64,000 bases of DNA from Felis catus. Its lineage: Eukaryota. A model generated the notes under the pieces. It searched no databases. It saw only the letters and a list, made by a program, of their open reading frames with translations, and was not told the DNA's origin. A program made the translations under genes and the position numbers. The stretch spans positions 110,052,001 to 110,116,000 of the forward strand of contig NC_058368.1 of the NCBI RefSeq assembly GCF_018350175.1, written 5' to 3'. Of the stretch, positions 24,459-37,346 are shown piece by piece; positions within the stretch are counted from its first letter, which is position 1; each line of letters starts with the position of its first letter.

Positions 24459-24519
24459 TGGTGATAAAAGCTTACAGAACAGAACATATGATTGTGCTTA
24501 GGAGTTTTAAGTTAACAAA

Positions 24520-24545
24520 TTTTTTTTTTTTAGTTTTTATTTATT

Positions 24546-24583
<38 letters not shown>

Positions 24584-24609
24584 TGGGAGTGGGGGAGGGG
24601 CAGAGAGAA

Positions 24610-24640
<31 letters not shown>

Positions 24641-24782
24641 TTGAGGGAGACGCAGAATCCAAAGCAGGCTCCAGCCCGAGCTGTCAGGATAGAGGCCGAT
24701 GCTGGGCTCCAACTCAGGAACCATGAGATCATGACCTGAGCCGATGCTGGATGTTTAACCTACTGAGCCACCCAGTCGTCCC
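24520..24782 (-). mobile_element. Carnivore SINE (antisense) with expanded (GA)n
   Basis: polyT, long GA tracts and a ctgagccacccagtcgtccc end. Confidence 0.92.
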
Positions 24783-25087
24783 AGAAGGAATTTAGAATAG
24801 GCAAAACTAAACTATGAAATCAGATTAGCAACTGCCCTGGTGGGTAAGGTGACAGACTTGGAAAGGCCCCTGGGGGCGGCGGCAACGTTCTCAGTCTTAA
24901 CTAGTGTGGTAGCTTTATAGCTCTGATGCATATTTGAAAATTCCCTGAATTTAGCCACTTATTAATAGCAATATTCATGTTTTTATTCTTAGAGATTCTG
25001 AGTACATTTCAGTTAACCACTCCCCACTCTGTCCCCTATTTGGCTTTTTCTAGCATCTTTACTGTTCTTTTGTTTGATTAAAACTCC

Positions 25088-25142
25088 TTTTTTTAAGTTT
25101 TTATTTAATTTTGAGAGAGAGAGAAGGAGAGAGAGAGAGAGA

Positions 25143-25178
<36 letters not shown>

Positions 25179-25355
25179 ATGCACATGTGAGAGGGCAAGA
25201 GGCAGAGAGAGAGGGAGAGGGAGAATCTCAAGCAGGCTCCCTGAGTGAGCACAGAGCCCAACGTGGGGCTCGATTTCACCAACCGCATTGTGAGATCCTG
25301 ACCTGAGCCAAAATCAAGAGTCGGACGCTTAAACGACTGAGCCACCCAGGCGCCC
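25088..25355 (-). mobile_element. Carnivore SINE (antisense)
   Basis: Ends cttaaacgactgagccacccaggcgccc. Imperfect TSD ttgattaaaac. Confidence 0.93.
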
Positions 25356-27260
25356 GGCTTGATTAAAACCTCTTTTTCTGGGACCTTTTCCTCTCTGTTC
25401 CTCTGCTGGCTGTGGCCTCAGGATCCTTCACAGAAGCACTTCTGAAGAACTGGAGAAGGCAGGACAGGTACAGAGGAACTCTCCCGGACCCTCCTGGCTG
25501 CTGGGTCTTACATTCAAAACTGCTCCCAACAGAGAGACAGCCAGGTGTCTAGAGCTCCAGCGGGAGCCCTGTGCTCTCTAGACCCCAGGAGGCAGGTTGC
25601 AAGATCAGATTTCCTGCAGTGCTCATAGGAAACAACCAGTCCTAATGGTGGATGAAGGTTCTGGGGCTTCCCTCTTCTATGAGGTCCAGGGGATTAGGGC
25701 ACCACACACTCCTCCCTCCTTTTTATCCCTTGTCACTTACCTACAGCACACCCTCAAAGCAAAATGGTCTCTTAACTCCTTTTTTTAAAATATGAAGGAG
25801 AGCTTTGGGTGATTTCCCCACTATGAGCACCTAGCTGTTCCCTGACCTTTTAAAACTGGTTTTATGGCGAGAAAGAAAGACTCCATTGTTTATTTCAAAG
25901 CTGGCTCCAAGACCTGACCTTAACACATGGAAATGGGTTTTGGTCCAGTGATCATTTTGCAGAATCTGAATCTGAAAATATTCTCGCTTCTGATCTCAAG
26001 TTAAAAAGCATAAACATTACTATTAGTGTCTCTTAGAGTTTGTTTTTCAGGCAATAAAAACTTTCTGCAATAAAGCAGCTTTCATTCTTTGTGAACAATC
26101 TTTAAACTCACTAAGTTTGATAGGTTGGAAAAGGAAACCAGACAAGGCAATAAAATCCCAATAGGAAAGTCCCCACTGATGTGATTACAGCTTGAGGGAA
26201 ATAAGAGATGGCATATTTAAAAAGTAAACTTCTCTTTACATCATCCAATTATGCTCAGGAAAAATAAAACTAAGCTCAGAGAAGAGGACATGTTTTCAAA
26301 ATCTGCTCTAATTTCAGGCAGTTAAGAGCAGCAATGCATTTACCCTTCAAACCTAATAAATAAAGTTCCAGAGTAATTGAAGACACTCTTTGTCTGTTGT
26401 GAGATGACATATCCCATTCTCTGTCATGTTTCCCAATTATCACCGTGAGTAATACCCCCTAACCAGGGGTTTAACTGCCGTTGTACCTTGTGTGGCATTT
26501 TTTTTTTCCTAAAGCAAAATTTGGGGAATTAAATCTTTGAGAATAAAACTGCTCAATCACGGTAACACAATTGTGTATTAACTTTTTTTCTCTCCTTGGA
26601 GTTGATAAACCTCAAAATTCTGCTCTGAGCAAGAAACCAATTTTAGAAATGAGTTAAACGACTCAGAGTAAGACGAACATCAGATTAACTTTTCCTGCGC
26701 CCTTCCAGCTGAGACGGAGTCTGAAACAAAACTCCTGACCTCTTCTTGCTCTAATAAATTTTCTAAGGAGGGGTTCAGATTCCAACCGCGCAGTGCTGGC
26801 TTCCTTCCAGAGCTTTCCAATAACTAGATGAAAGCCATGCTGGGGGTGGGGGCCCCTCACCTCCAACCCTTTATCTGTCACCTGAGATTTTATGGTTGAT
26901 TACAGGAATCCTTGCTATTTATTTACAACCCTCATGGAGAAGTATCCTCTTTTCTGTCATCTGCTGTTCCTGTCTACAACAGCAGCAAGCTCTCTCAGTG
27001 AGTCCTTTGTTCCTCCTTGACCTCGAATATTTTCCCTCTCCTCCAGTCTTCTGTCTCCATGAGGCTCATTTCACTCTTATCTGCCCAGCAACCAACACAG
27101 GGCCCCAGAGCGTGAGGCTCGTTCACCTTGGCCCAAACCCCCAGGTTTCTCTTGCTCCTCCACGTCCTCCTCCACCACAAAGATGTTCCCTGCAATTTCC
27201 AAGTGTTGGAATGTGTACCCAGATGGCCCTGAGAAGATCCAAGGGGGCTGTCGAATGCCT

Positions 27261-28039
27261 TCTTGTTGGGCCAAGTTTCTCCAACACGATGATTCCAGGT
27301 CAGGCAGAACTGACCTGGGGGTTGTCCTGGAAATTACTGGAGTATTTTGGGCTTTCACCATGACCGGGGGTGTGGTGGGTGGGGAAGGTTGCTGTTAGTA
27401 CTGAACAGGCGGGCAGGGAACAGGGATGCCAGATATTCTGTATTGCGTAGGCTAGTTTTTTTTTATTTTTATTTTTATAATGAATTATCATACGTCCCTA
27501 TTTGGGGGGAATGTCTTCATAGATATTCAAGTAGGTAAAGTTTTATTACGTGAGCCTAGACCTAACTCTGGTTATGCACAAATGCAAGGTATCTTGTGCA
27601 TGGTTTTAACATATTTGGGATTTTCCTGGATACAACTACTATCTCTCTCCAAGGGGAGAGTGTGCATCGTTTTGTTTAGAACTTCATCAAGAGCTGTTCG
27701 CCAATGGCAACACATTGTTTATGGTATGAGTTGCCAGTTCAGTACACCTGCATCAGCTGCGTTTGTCAGGGTTGCTTTGAAGCCAGCATCTGGCTACCTC
27801 GTTATGAATTCTGTTGTGGTCTTGCATGAGCACCCACATGTTGAAATACATAGTATTTTACTACAAATTACTTGCTTTGTATTTCCCATTTATATTTCAA
27901 TTAGGGCATCCTACTTTGAAATTATATGTGTAAGTAGATGATATTATCTATAATTTCCAGTTCAGGGCAATAAAGGGGGAATTACAAATAATTTGCTATA
28001 AAAAGGGGGCACTGGATCTGCAAGAGTTGAGAACAGTGC
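27261..28039 (+). mobile_element. hAT-Charlie non-autonomous DNA transposon relic (MER20/MER20B-like)
   Basis: MER20-like 5' motifs (tattttgggctttcac...cagggatgccagatattctg), an AT-rich body and a gttgagaacagtg end resembling the MER20 terminal inverted repeat. Confidence 0.55.
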
Positions 28040-29241
28040 ACGGGGAAGCCTTTGTTTGTTCATTTGCCGTGTATTTGTTTACCGGTTCTCACTCACCCAG
28101 CACACCCCACTCCAGTGCCTTCTAGGTGGGGCCGAGGGGCATTTCTGTGACGGGCCCTGGTGCTGAGGCCTTGGGGCCTGATGTATGCCTGCATGTGCTG
28201 GAAGGACAGCCCTCTCCCACCGAAAATGAAACACGCTGCCCCTCAAGTGTGGTGGAAAAGGATGGGCTGCGGGCAGGGGGCTGTGCACAGGAGGTGGTCC
28301 CAGGGCTCTGAGACCTCCTGCTCATGCTCCCCAACTTGGATACTTGTAGCAGCCTCCGTCTTTCTGTTAGCAGCTGTTTCTTAACCGTTGGTACTTTATA
28401 TTGTAAAGTATTGTGTTGTAAAATCTGTATTTCATATTTTTAACCTCACTGATATCTAAGTTATTAACCTAACTCCTCTTTTAATACCTACTTTTGATAC
28501 AGGGTGGGGGTGGTCTGAGAAGCCCTGGACCTCCAGCTCCAGCCATGTTTCTCCTTTGGGGCATATGAAGCTCTTGGAGTGATCCACTGCACCCCCTGAA
28601 TGCTTGCTTTCTTTCCCCCAGTCACCCTGGAAACCCCCACCAGAGATGATTTCCCTCTTCCACTTGGCCCTAGCCATGCATCCCCCAAGGGAAGTCAGCC
28701 ACAGGAAGGTGCCCAGTCCTCCATTCTTATGGCCAGCCACAACTGAAGCCTTTAACTACATTCTCTCTCTTTTCATGTTCCCTCCCTTGTGGTTTCTTTT
28801 AAAGCAACAGCATTTAGCAACCATGTAAGAGGTCCCAGGCGAGGTAGTTCCCGGACCTCCAGTGTGCGTGGTGTTACGGTCAGGATGACGGCTGTGGGGC
28901 TAGGGGCATCTGAGCAGGGGTTGTGTACCACAGGGATGAGCTCCCACTCACTAGCTTGGCCCACCTGCAATTTCACACACCGAGGTGGCCTGAAACGAGG
29001 GCCGTCCCCACCCTGCTCTGCACCTCACTCTTCCATTGGTGTTCACAGCTTTGTGCAGGCTTCTCACCAGTGAGACAGCCTCACACTGAGCTAACCACGG
29101 TTTTCTCATGGCAGGTTTAATTCATAGACAGTGGTACGGAGGGCATTAAATTAACGCTCACCACCTGGCAATAACTCATGTACCTTCCTGCTGATTTTAG
29201 CCCACCTCTGGGCTTTAAATGTACTGTTAGAAACAGACCTC

Positions 29242-29462
29242 TTTTATTTTATTTTTTAAAATGTTTATTTATTTACTTATTTTGAGAGACAGAGAGACCA
29301 TGCAAGCAGGGGAGGGGTAGAGAGAGGGAGGGAGAGAATCCTGACCAGGCCACGCGTTACCAGCACCTAGCCTGACGTGGGGCTCGATCCCATGAACCGA
29401 GATCATGACGTGAGCCGAAATCCAGAGTTGGTTGCTTAATGGACTGAGCCACCTGGGTGCCC
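29242..29462 (-). mobile_element. Carnivore SINE (antisense)
   Basis: tttatttatttacttattttgagagac...ctgagccacctgggtgccc. Confidence 0.92.
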
Positions 29463-30870
29463 TTTAAATAACTTCTACTGACTGACCAGGGAAGCCTGGC
29501 CACACACACCACATTCCAGCACCGGCAGGCAGAGTGACAGCTCAGAAATATGGAACCAAGTGTACCTACGGGGTGGATGACATGATCACTGCCCAGTGAT
29601 AGTCAAAGTATGTGTTGAGCTAGGCTCTGTCGCTGAGAGTTCAAGGGCCCACAGTGCTGTTGACCTCTAAAGCCGGGTTCTATTGGAGGGGTGGGTGGCC
29701 GGTGGTCACCAGGGACGTCTGCTGTCTCAAGGCCTGTGACCCCAGAGGGAACAGCACATGTGCTTCGAGTGGACAGGGAACCTGCGTATTTAGGTGGCAG
29801 AAGGGTGGCGAAGGGAAGAATCGGGGGTGCCCTGTGCCGGTGGGTGGGGGGATGGGGGCCTCCAGCTCCTGTTGAGTCCTGATTTAAGGTCCTATAACCA
29901 AGACTCCACGGCTCTTCTGCACTAGTCACCCCTCCTGACACACATTAGCAGACAGCGTTTGGGAAATTGTGTGGTTATGAGGCAGGTGCTTAAATGAATC
30001 CTGAAGGAGATGGGACCTTTTTTTTTTTTTAGCCACTTAATTGAATCTGTGGCAGTAAATCTTTTAGTCTTCTCTTAGCATTTACAATTTCAATTTACTC
30101 CATGGATTTTTGTGCTCAACTCCCAGTGAAAATGAGCATTTGTGCCAAAAAGCTTTTAATCAACCGTTCTCAAAATGTCAGTCCCCCTTATCTCCAAAGC
30201 CCAATGAAATCTTTGTGTCTATGGTTGTAAAAATATATTCTGTGTATCCTGTTTCTCCTTTTAGTTTCTAGCATCCTTTATCATGGTCTAATCAGAGTCA
30301 TTTTTGATGTTCATCCCTCTCTTAATCTTCTTAGATTTCTTTTTAAGGTGAGCTTTCCACTTTAGTCTGGCTTCCCTGGTCTATTAAGATTCTCCGCGGC
30401 CACTGCCTCCAAGATGAAGATACGCTTCTGTGGAAAGCCTTCGCAGAGCCCTCTATTTTAGCACACAGAAGGTTAATTGCCCAGTCTTTAATTAAGCCAG
30501 TCATTTTTCTTTAACGTTGTTTGTGGAACTCCATAATAAATGAAACCATAAACCTGTCTTAATTTTATGAGGAGTTTGAGTTTTGAGTGTTCTTGCTTAC
30601 TGTCTTTCACAGGCTGGTCTTGGGAAAAGCTAATTTCTACAAAAATCCTTAATGGAAAAACAAAAAAAACCTTTAGGGATTTTAATGGCAAGGATTCTAT
30701 TTTGTGTGGTTTAGGGAAAGGTGCTTCTCAATACTTTTGTGACAAAGTAGAAAAAACCTTCAGCTAATCTGGAAACCCCCCCAAGACAGGACCTCCCTCC
30801 CTGAGGGCAGGATAGGTACCAGCCTCCCCTGGCACTTCCAGCTCAGCTCTGGACACTGCTGTCATTTGAG

Positions 30871-30889
30871 CAGCCACCAGGGGGCAGCA
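30871..30889 (+). promoter_or_regulatory. Predicted CTCF binding site
   Basis: CAGCCACCAGGGGGCAGCA matches the CTCF core CCASYAGRKGGCRS with no mismatch. TGCTGT just upstream resembles the upstream module. Confidence 0.7.
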
Positions 30890-31369
30890 TGCCCCCCCAC
30901 GACTACTGATTCACTAATCAGCACCCCTGCTGCCCTGACCCCCTGTACAGGGCAGTGCCGTTCTCCCATCGATTTCTCCCTGGCCCTCTGATTTCCGATG
31001 AGCCTAATCAGCTGTGCAGTCTTCAGCCCTTGCTCCTTGATTTGTCAGGAGGATGAGTTATCTGAGCAGACGCTCTCTGTGATTTGTAGGTTGGAGGACT
31101 CAGCTGTACTGCTGTGACCTTTTCAATATTCTGTTATTAGATGGGTTGGCCATTTCAACTTCCTCCTGAACAAAGTGTCTTCTACATGTGCTGAAGAGGG
31201 AGAATGGCCAGTTAATCAGAACACCCAATGCTGAAAAGGTCGAACCAGGGCTGTGGGTATTAACATCCACTGTCTGCATTAGCATCCTGCAGCCTGCAGG
31301 TTCCAATGGCACCAAATATGGGGATGACATGTAGCCCTCAGACCCCAGCACAGAAGGGCTACTCCTCCT

Positions 31370-31878
31370 ACTCTTACCCATCTTCATGGGCAACCCAGAG
31401 TCTTTACCATGGTCTACAAGGCCCCATCCATTTGGGCTCCTGGTGTCTCCCCAGCCTTCATCTTCTGCCCCCCTTTACTTCAGTTCCAATGCTCCAGCCA
31501 GGTGGCCTTTCTGTCCTTGAGTATGCCAAGCTCCCTTCCATCTCAGGACCTTTGCACATGCTGAGCCTTGGCTTGGATCGCTCTTTCCCCAGATTTTTGC
31601 ATGACTGCCTCCTTCTCAGCATTCAGCTCTCAACTCAATGTCATCTCCTCAGGGAGGTCTTCCCCAGGATACCCTGGCCACGAAACTCCTCATTAGAACA
31701 TTGCCCTGTGTTTCTTAAGAATCTTTATCATTTACCATTTTTGTCAGTTCATGTGTCTCACTCTACTCGTATATAAAGAACTCAAGGGCAAGGACACTGT
31801 CTGTCATGGTCACCACTGCATCCCCAATGCTCAGCACAGTTACAGGTACACAGCAGGTCCTCAATAAATGTTCATTGA
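31370..31878 (+). mobile_element. LINE-2 3' end
   Basis: ctcaggacctttgcacatgctg, agggcaaggac...tcaccactgcatccccaatgctcagcacag and a ctcaataaatgttcattga terminus. Confidence 0.8.
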
Positions 31879-32244
31879 CTATGACAGACTGAATGTTCGT
31901 GACTGCCCAAAATTCATATGTTGAAGTCCTAACCCCCCAGTGTGATGGAATTTGGAGGTGAGGGCTTTGGGGAGGCCAACTAGGTCATGAGGGTGGAGCC
32001 CTCATGAATGAGATAGCTGCCCTTCTAAGAACAGGCACAAAAGCTTGCTTCCTCTCTCTGTTTGTCACCATTTGAGAATACAACGAGAAGATGGCCATCT
32101 ATAAACCAGGAAGCATGCTCTCACAGACACAGGATCTGCTGGCATTTTGACCTGGGACTTCTCAGCCTCTAGAACCATAAGAAATAAAGCTCTGGTTTAA
32201 CACTTAGTCTCTGGTAATTTGTTACAGCTACCTGTGCTAAAACA
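31876..32244 (+). mobile_element. MaLR solo LTR (MLT1A/MST-like)
   Basis: aaaattcatatgttgaagtcctaacccc, ggtcatgagggtggagccctcatgaat, gacttctcagcctctagaac, aataaa and ggtaatttgttacagc...aaca. Confidence 0.88.
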
Positions 32245-32284
32245 GAAGGAAAGTAACAGCGCAGTTTATTAAAAATTAATCCCA

Positions 32285-32472
32285 GGGACACCCGATGGGC
32301 TCAGTTGGTTGCGTATCTGACTTCGGCTGAGGTCATGATCTCACAGTTCGTGGGTTCAAACCCGGTGTTGGGCTCTGTGCTGACAGCTCAAAGCCTGATT
32401 GTGTGTCTCCTCTCTCTCTGCCTCTCCCCCACTCATGCTGTCTGTCTCTCAAAAATAAACAAATATTAAAAA
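32285..32472 (+). mobile_element. Carnivore SINE
   Basis: Degenerate head, CT tract and polyA. TSD approximately aaaa(t)taatcccag. Confidence 0.9.
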
Positions 32473-33979
32473 AAATAATCCCAGAATTTAGACTCCTCAA
32501 TGGTCACTGAATAATTTTTTCTGCTTGCTTCCCCAAGCCCCCCACCTCACCCCTTTTTGGGAAGTCACACAACACATGCTCTTGTGACATGAAAGCCAGG
32601 TGAGTCCCAGCACCCAGAATTTTAACTCACCGCAGCTGTTCATTCAAAGTATCAGCGAGTGCCTAATCTAAAATAGAAATTTCTTAAACAAGCACAAGGC
32701 AGCAGCAGCATCTGCACCAATGAAACCATTTTCAAGATCCAAGTTTTGAACTTAGGCCTACTTAAAATACACATTCTAGCGCGAAACCTCCCTCCCACCG
32801 CCAAAGAAATCCTACAAGTTCCTTTTGCTTAATTTTTTGGTGAAGGGCCTTCTAATGCTGTTCAATGATACATTTAAAATTGGATTTGTAATGAAATGCT
32901 GAAGCCAAAGAGTACCAGGAGGAGAGGAAACCACTCTGGTCATTCAACACCCGGCCCTTGAAGGTCTGTCCTGAGGGTGACTCTGTTTGATTCTTTGGGC
33001 AGACTCTGGTAGAGCACAGACATCCCACTTTTCTGGAAGAGCTCAGCTCAAGGCTGGCGAGGGATGAGCAAACCTCCTTGCACACCTGCGTAAGACAGCA
33101 CGGGAGGAGCAGGCGCCAAGATGCCCAGAATCAGGTGCCCTATGGCGAGTGTAGACTCAATCTGGCACACATCGCCAGTTCCAACAGCCCGAGATACGTG
33201 TCTCGATCCCCGCAGGGTGCAGCGAGACTGTTTTTAACACCACCTAAAAATGTGTAAGTTGGAAGTGTTGTCTCTGAAACAACGTGGAAGCTTTTGGCCC
33301 GGAATGTCTCCCTTCAGCCCTCGGGTAAACAAAGAAACAGTCACACAGTGTGTTTTATTCTTAGAAGTTTTTTTTTTTGTTTTTTGTTTTTTTTAAGGAA
33401 TCCAACCAAAGCATCTCAGAGAGGCTGGTGCTGTTTTAATTCCACCGAAATCAGATGTGGGTTTTCAGGAGTGTACTGTGAAGGGGCTCGGCTGCCCGGC
33501 ACACTGCATCTCTCTGTGAGCACCGTGCACGCATGAACATCTGAACGGCCGCAGCTCGGCCATCTTTCGCCTCCCAGCTCCCCCTTGCTATAGGATGAAA
33601 GACGTAATGAAGGGCAAGGAATCAGGCTTCCCTGCCACTGCGGGGTTTTCTGCACTGGGACACACCAGGAGTTTAGCATCTAAGATCGGGAGAGCAGAAA
33701 AGGAAATTAAAGCTAATGGTTTTAAAGGGCCCGCCAGCTCTGATCCTTGGGAGAGAACAAATCAAACGCAATTCCACAGGTGCCACGGGAGGTACCTGAA
33801 CAGAAACCTAACACAATCTCACATTGCATTCGGCTGGTTGGCTGGACTTTGTTCTCCAGGATCTGCTGTAGATAAACCTGGGCGCGCAGGCAGGATTAAG
33901 ACCCCAAATCTGAGACCCCGAAGGAGCCACGAAACCCCTCATTGAGCAGGTGGAAACTGCAGTCAAGGATTAACCTTGT

Positions 33980-34600
33980 CGTGAATAGAGTCTGGCCTTT
34001 GCCTCCTGGCTTCTAGGAGGTGATCTCTAAGCCCTTGCAACGTCCTGCCTGATAAATATCTTTGTGGACCTGAGAGCTTTGGGCCACGTCAGATAGTCTA
34101 TACTGGCAATGGGATTCAAGGTGAGGCAGGAAGGGGGAGGGTAGCTAAACATCTATCAGTTCAGCCCGTGAAAAGGCTGGAGACCAAGGTCAGCCGTGTG
34201 GGCAGTCAACCATGCGTATGTGACCGAGCCCCAATAAAATTGTTGGGTACCGAGGCTCATCAGGTGTGCTCTCCTGGGGCAGTATTTGATGTGTCTCTTC
34301 ACACAGCACAGCTGGGAGAAGCAAGCACCACGTACACAAGTCCCCTGCAAGAGGGCAGTCGGGAGTTCTGGAGTTCTGTAGCTGGAGCTCTCCTGAGCCC
34401 CTGCTCTACACACCTCTTCCCTCTGCTGATTTCAGTATGTATCTTTCTGCTGTAATAAACCACAACTGTGAGCATAATGTTTTTTTTTTCTGAGTTCTAG
34501 GAGGCCTTGCAGCAAATTATCAAACAATGAGGGTGGTCTTGGGGACTTCTAAACTTGCAGTTGGTGTCAGAAGTTAGGGAGGTCGTGAGGACTACCTAAC
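33980..34600 (+). mobile_element. ERVL-class LTR (MER21/MER68/MER77-like)
   Basis: ggaggtgatctctaagccctt, ccaataaaa, ctgctgtaataaaccacaactgtgagcataa...ctgagttct and gagggtggtcttgggga...aacttgcagttggtgtcagaagt. Confidence 0.75.
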
Positions 34601-37327
34601 TCTGTAGAAATTGGGGTCCAGGGAGCAGAAGGGAGTGTGAGGGGAGAACTCAGGCCTCCCGATGCCCAGGCCAGTTCCCCAGGGTGTGGATCACATGCAG
34701 ATACCCGAGCCAGAAAGCAAACACAGTCTACAACAGAGCCATGGCCGGGAGTCCCTATAATCTGGCCCTGTGGGCAGCTATGCCCTGGCCTTGCCGTCAG
34801 ATGTACCTGGACCCTGTAAGCCAAAGTCCCCTAGATCCATTCCTTGTGCCCCAACTGAGGTTGCATTGTTGGGGCTCGTCACCCGGCCCATTGTAATCAT
34901 TTTATTTCGCTGAGTGAGGATCAGTTGGCAGGCCAGGATTTTTCCTGGCGCCAACTGGCTTTTTCTGTAAAAGGGGATTTTCTGGCAGACGGTGCTTTAG
35001 CAATCGAGTTGTTCTCTAGCAGGGAAAGCAATCTTGAACCAAATATAGGTAATCACCCCAATAGATGGGGAAGCTGAGGACACTGGCTTCCAGGCTCACT
35101 TAGGCTCCACATGGGGATCTGGCAAGCACACCTGTGTGCGACCTGCCAAACACCACCGGCCTCCAAGCTCCCCAAGTCTGCCCTTTCCTCGTTAATGTTA
35201 ATCTCATTATATTTTCCCAAGCTCAGTGCTCACCTGGCATTTGAGGATTGGCTCAAGGAAACCATGCCTCTTAAAAAAAACAAAACAAAACCAGAAGCCA
35301 AATATGCAAGTTGTTGCCTATGGCAGCGGCATCTTGCCCATGTGGAGTGAGAACCAGTGCTCTGTCGGCCGCCTCCCTGGCGCTCAGGGCCCCCGGGCTC
35401 CTCAGCAGGACCTGGTTGAGACCCACACTGAGATGTCAAATGCCACTCACAGCAGAGTCACAGAAGGTCACAGAGGGAAGTGGATGCACCAGACAGGACA
35501 GTCTGTCATCGCACAGGAGAAAGTGACACCACATGCCAGGAGAAGGGTGGGCGACCGGGTTTGTTCAAAATCATGACCCTGTGAGGTGAGAACGTCAAGC
35601 CTCAGTCTCTAGCCTAGCTCAGCACTTCCCACCATCCTGGAGCCTGATTTCTTATTCTCCACAAAAACCTCAGCCTAGGTGCTCCCATTCTGACAGGTGT
35701 GTGCCTCCTGCGTGACAAGATTTTGGAGACTCTCATCAACACACTGGGCCTGAAATGGCACCATGAGATGGTACTCATGCCATGAGATTTCCTCTCTCTC
35801 AGTCACCAGGTTACTTGACATCAGCAGGGCTTTGTGAACCCATTAGATACATGTGATTGACCGAAATCCCCCCCCCCCAACTTCCAGATCCCCAGAGAGT
35901 CTCAGAGCTGAGGCAGAGCTGCAGCGGTGAGGACACAGGACACCTAACTTTTGAGACGTGGAAGAATACCGCTTCTATTTCCAGGTGACGGTGAGGCCCT
36001 GCTGGTCAGTCCCCTTTGTTGAGGCTGGTCCTGCCAGGACCATCCTGCTGGGTTCCAACCCCAGCTCCTTGGGGCAGCTTCCCTAGACCTCCCAGGGCTC
36101 ACTGTTCCATATCCTTTGAACTCTCTCTGTGTGTATGGTCAGTGCCCTACAACCCTCTCTTGGAAAGTATCATCTTGATTCATGCCTTAATTATTTTCTG
36201 TCTGCCCCAGTGAGACTCTGAGCTCTTCGTGCAGAGGAGGAAACTGGTTTCTGCCAAAAGTTCTCAGCTTGAGGCCAAGGGAATGACAAGATAACTTGGC
36301 CAATGCAGCTGTGGTTGGCAGTTAGGGCAGTGGGCAGCCGGACAGAACTGAGGCTAACTTTCCCAGCCCAGCCACTTTGCCAGAGACTGCCCCATCACTT
36401 GGCATCTGATCCCCACACCAGTCCCACTAGACGGAACAATCCGGATGATTTAAGGAGCCTACACCTGGGATGGAGTTTTCATTTTTTGGAACATTAGCTA
36501 TGGGCCCCACAGGAAGCCTCCTGGAGGACACCCAAAGGAAAACAGGGTGTGTCCTAGCCCTGGAGAGAGACAGGAGAGGTCTGTGTCCTGGACAACTTGG
36601 GGTAGTCAAGACTTTGCCTGGTCCGGCTTCCCAGGCAAGGGTGTATGAGGACAGGCTGGGGAGGGAGTCTCATGGGCCCAGGAAGCCTGGTCTGTAGGCA
36701 GCGTCAGGGTTTGGATCGTGTAGTTTCACTAGCTCCAGATGGGGGAATGTGAAATAAGGGGTGCCGGGGGAGGCTGGAAAGACTGGAGGTGGGCACGTGC
36801 TGAGGCAGGGATCCAGAGAGGGGCTCCGAGCTAGCCTCGGCCCTCAGAGATGGCGGGGGTGGCTCTTGGAAAGAGCAGAGGAGAGAATGCCAGAGGGTTC
36901 AAAGGAAGACCCATCAAAGTCCTAAGTGACTGGCTCTACACAGTGATAGGGAGGGACATGTGAGGAGTGGCTGAGAGGAGGCTAAGTCAACCCGGCAGTA
37001 AGAGGCTGCTCTCTAAGCTGACATGACTGGGTGCAAACTGGGAGCCCAGCATGGAGGATGCTGCCCTGGCCCAGCACCACACCAGCCCCTCAGGACTCCT
37101 GGGTAGCCTCAGGCAACGTTAGCAGGCTGGGCCCTTGGAGGAATGGGGCAGTGGCTTGAGCATTCTGAGGCACTCAGAAGAGTGCCTCTCCCTAATCTGT
37201 CAATATGGCCTAGCGCTGGGGGACCTAGTGAGGTGAGCCCACCAGGCCTGGGCCTCTGCACCTACTGACCGGGTAAGCCCTGCCCATTTCAGGGCTTCCC
37301 ACAAGCTGGCTATGCTTTCCCTCTGCC

Positions 37328-37346
37328 CTCACAGCAGGTGGCGCTC
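37328..37346 (+). promoter_or_regulatory. Possible CTCF binding site
   Basis: CTCACAGCAGGTGGCGCTC has one mismatch to the CTCF core. Confidence 0.45.
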
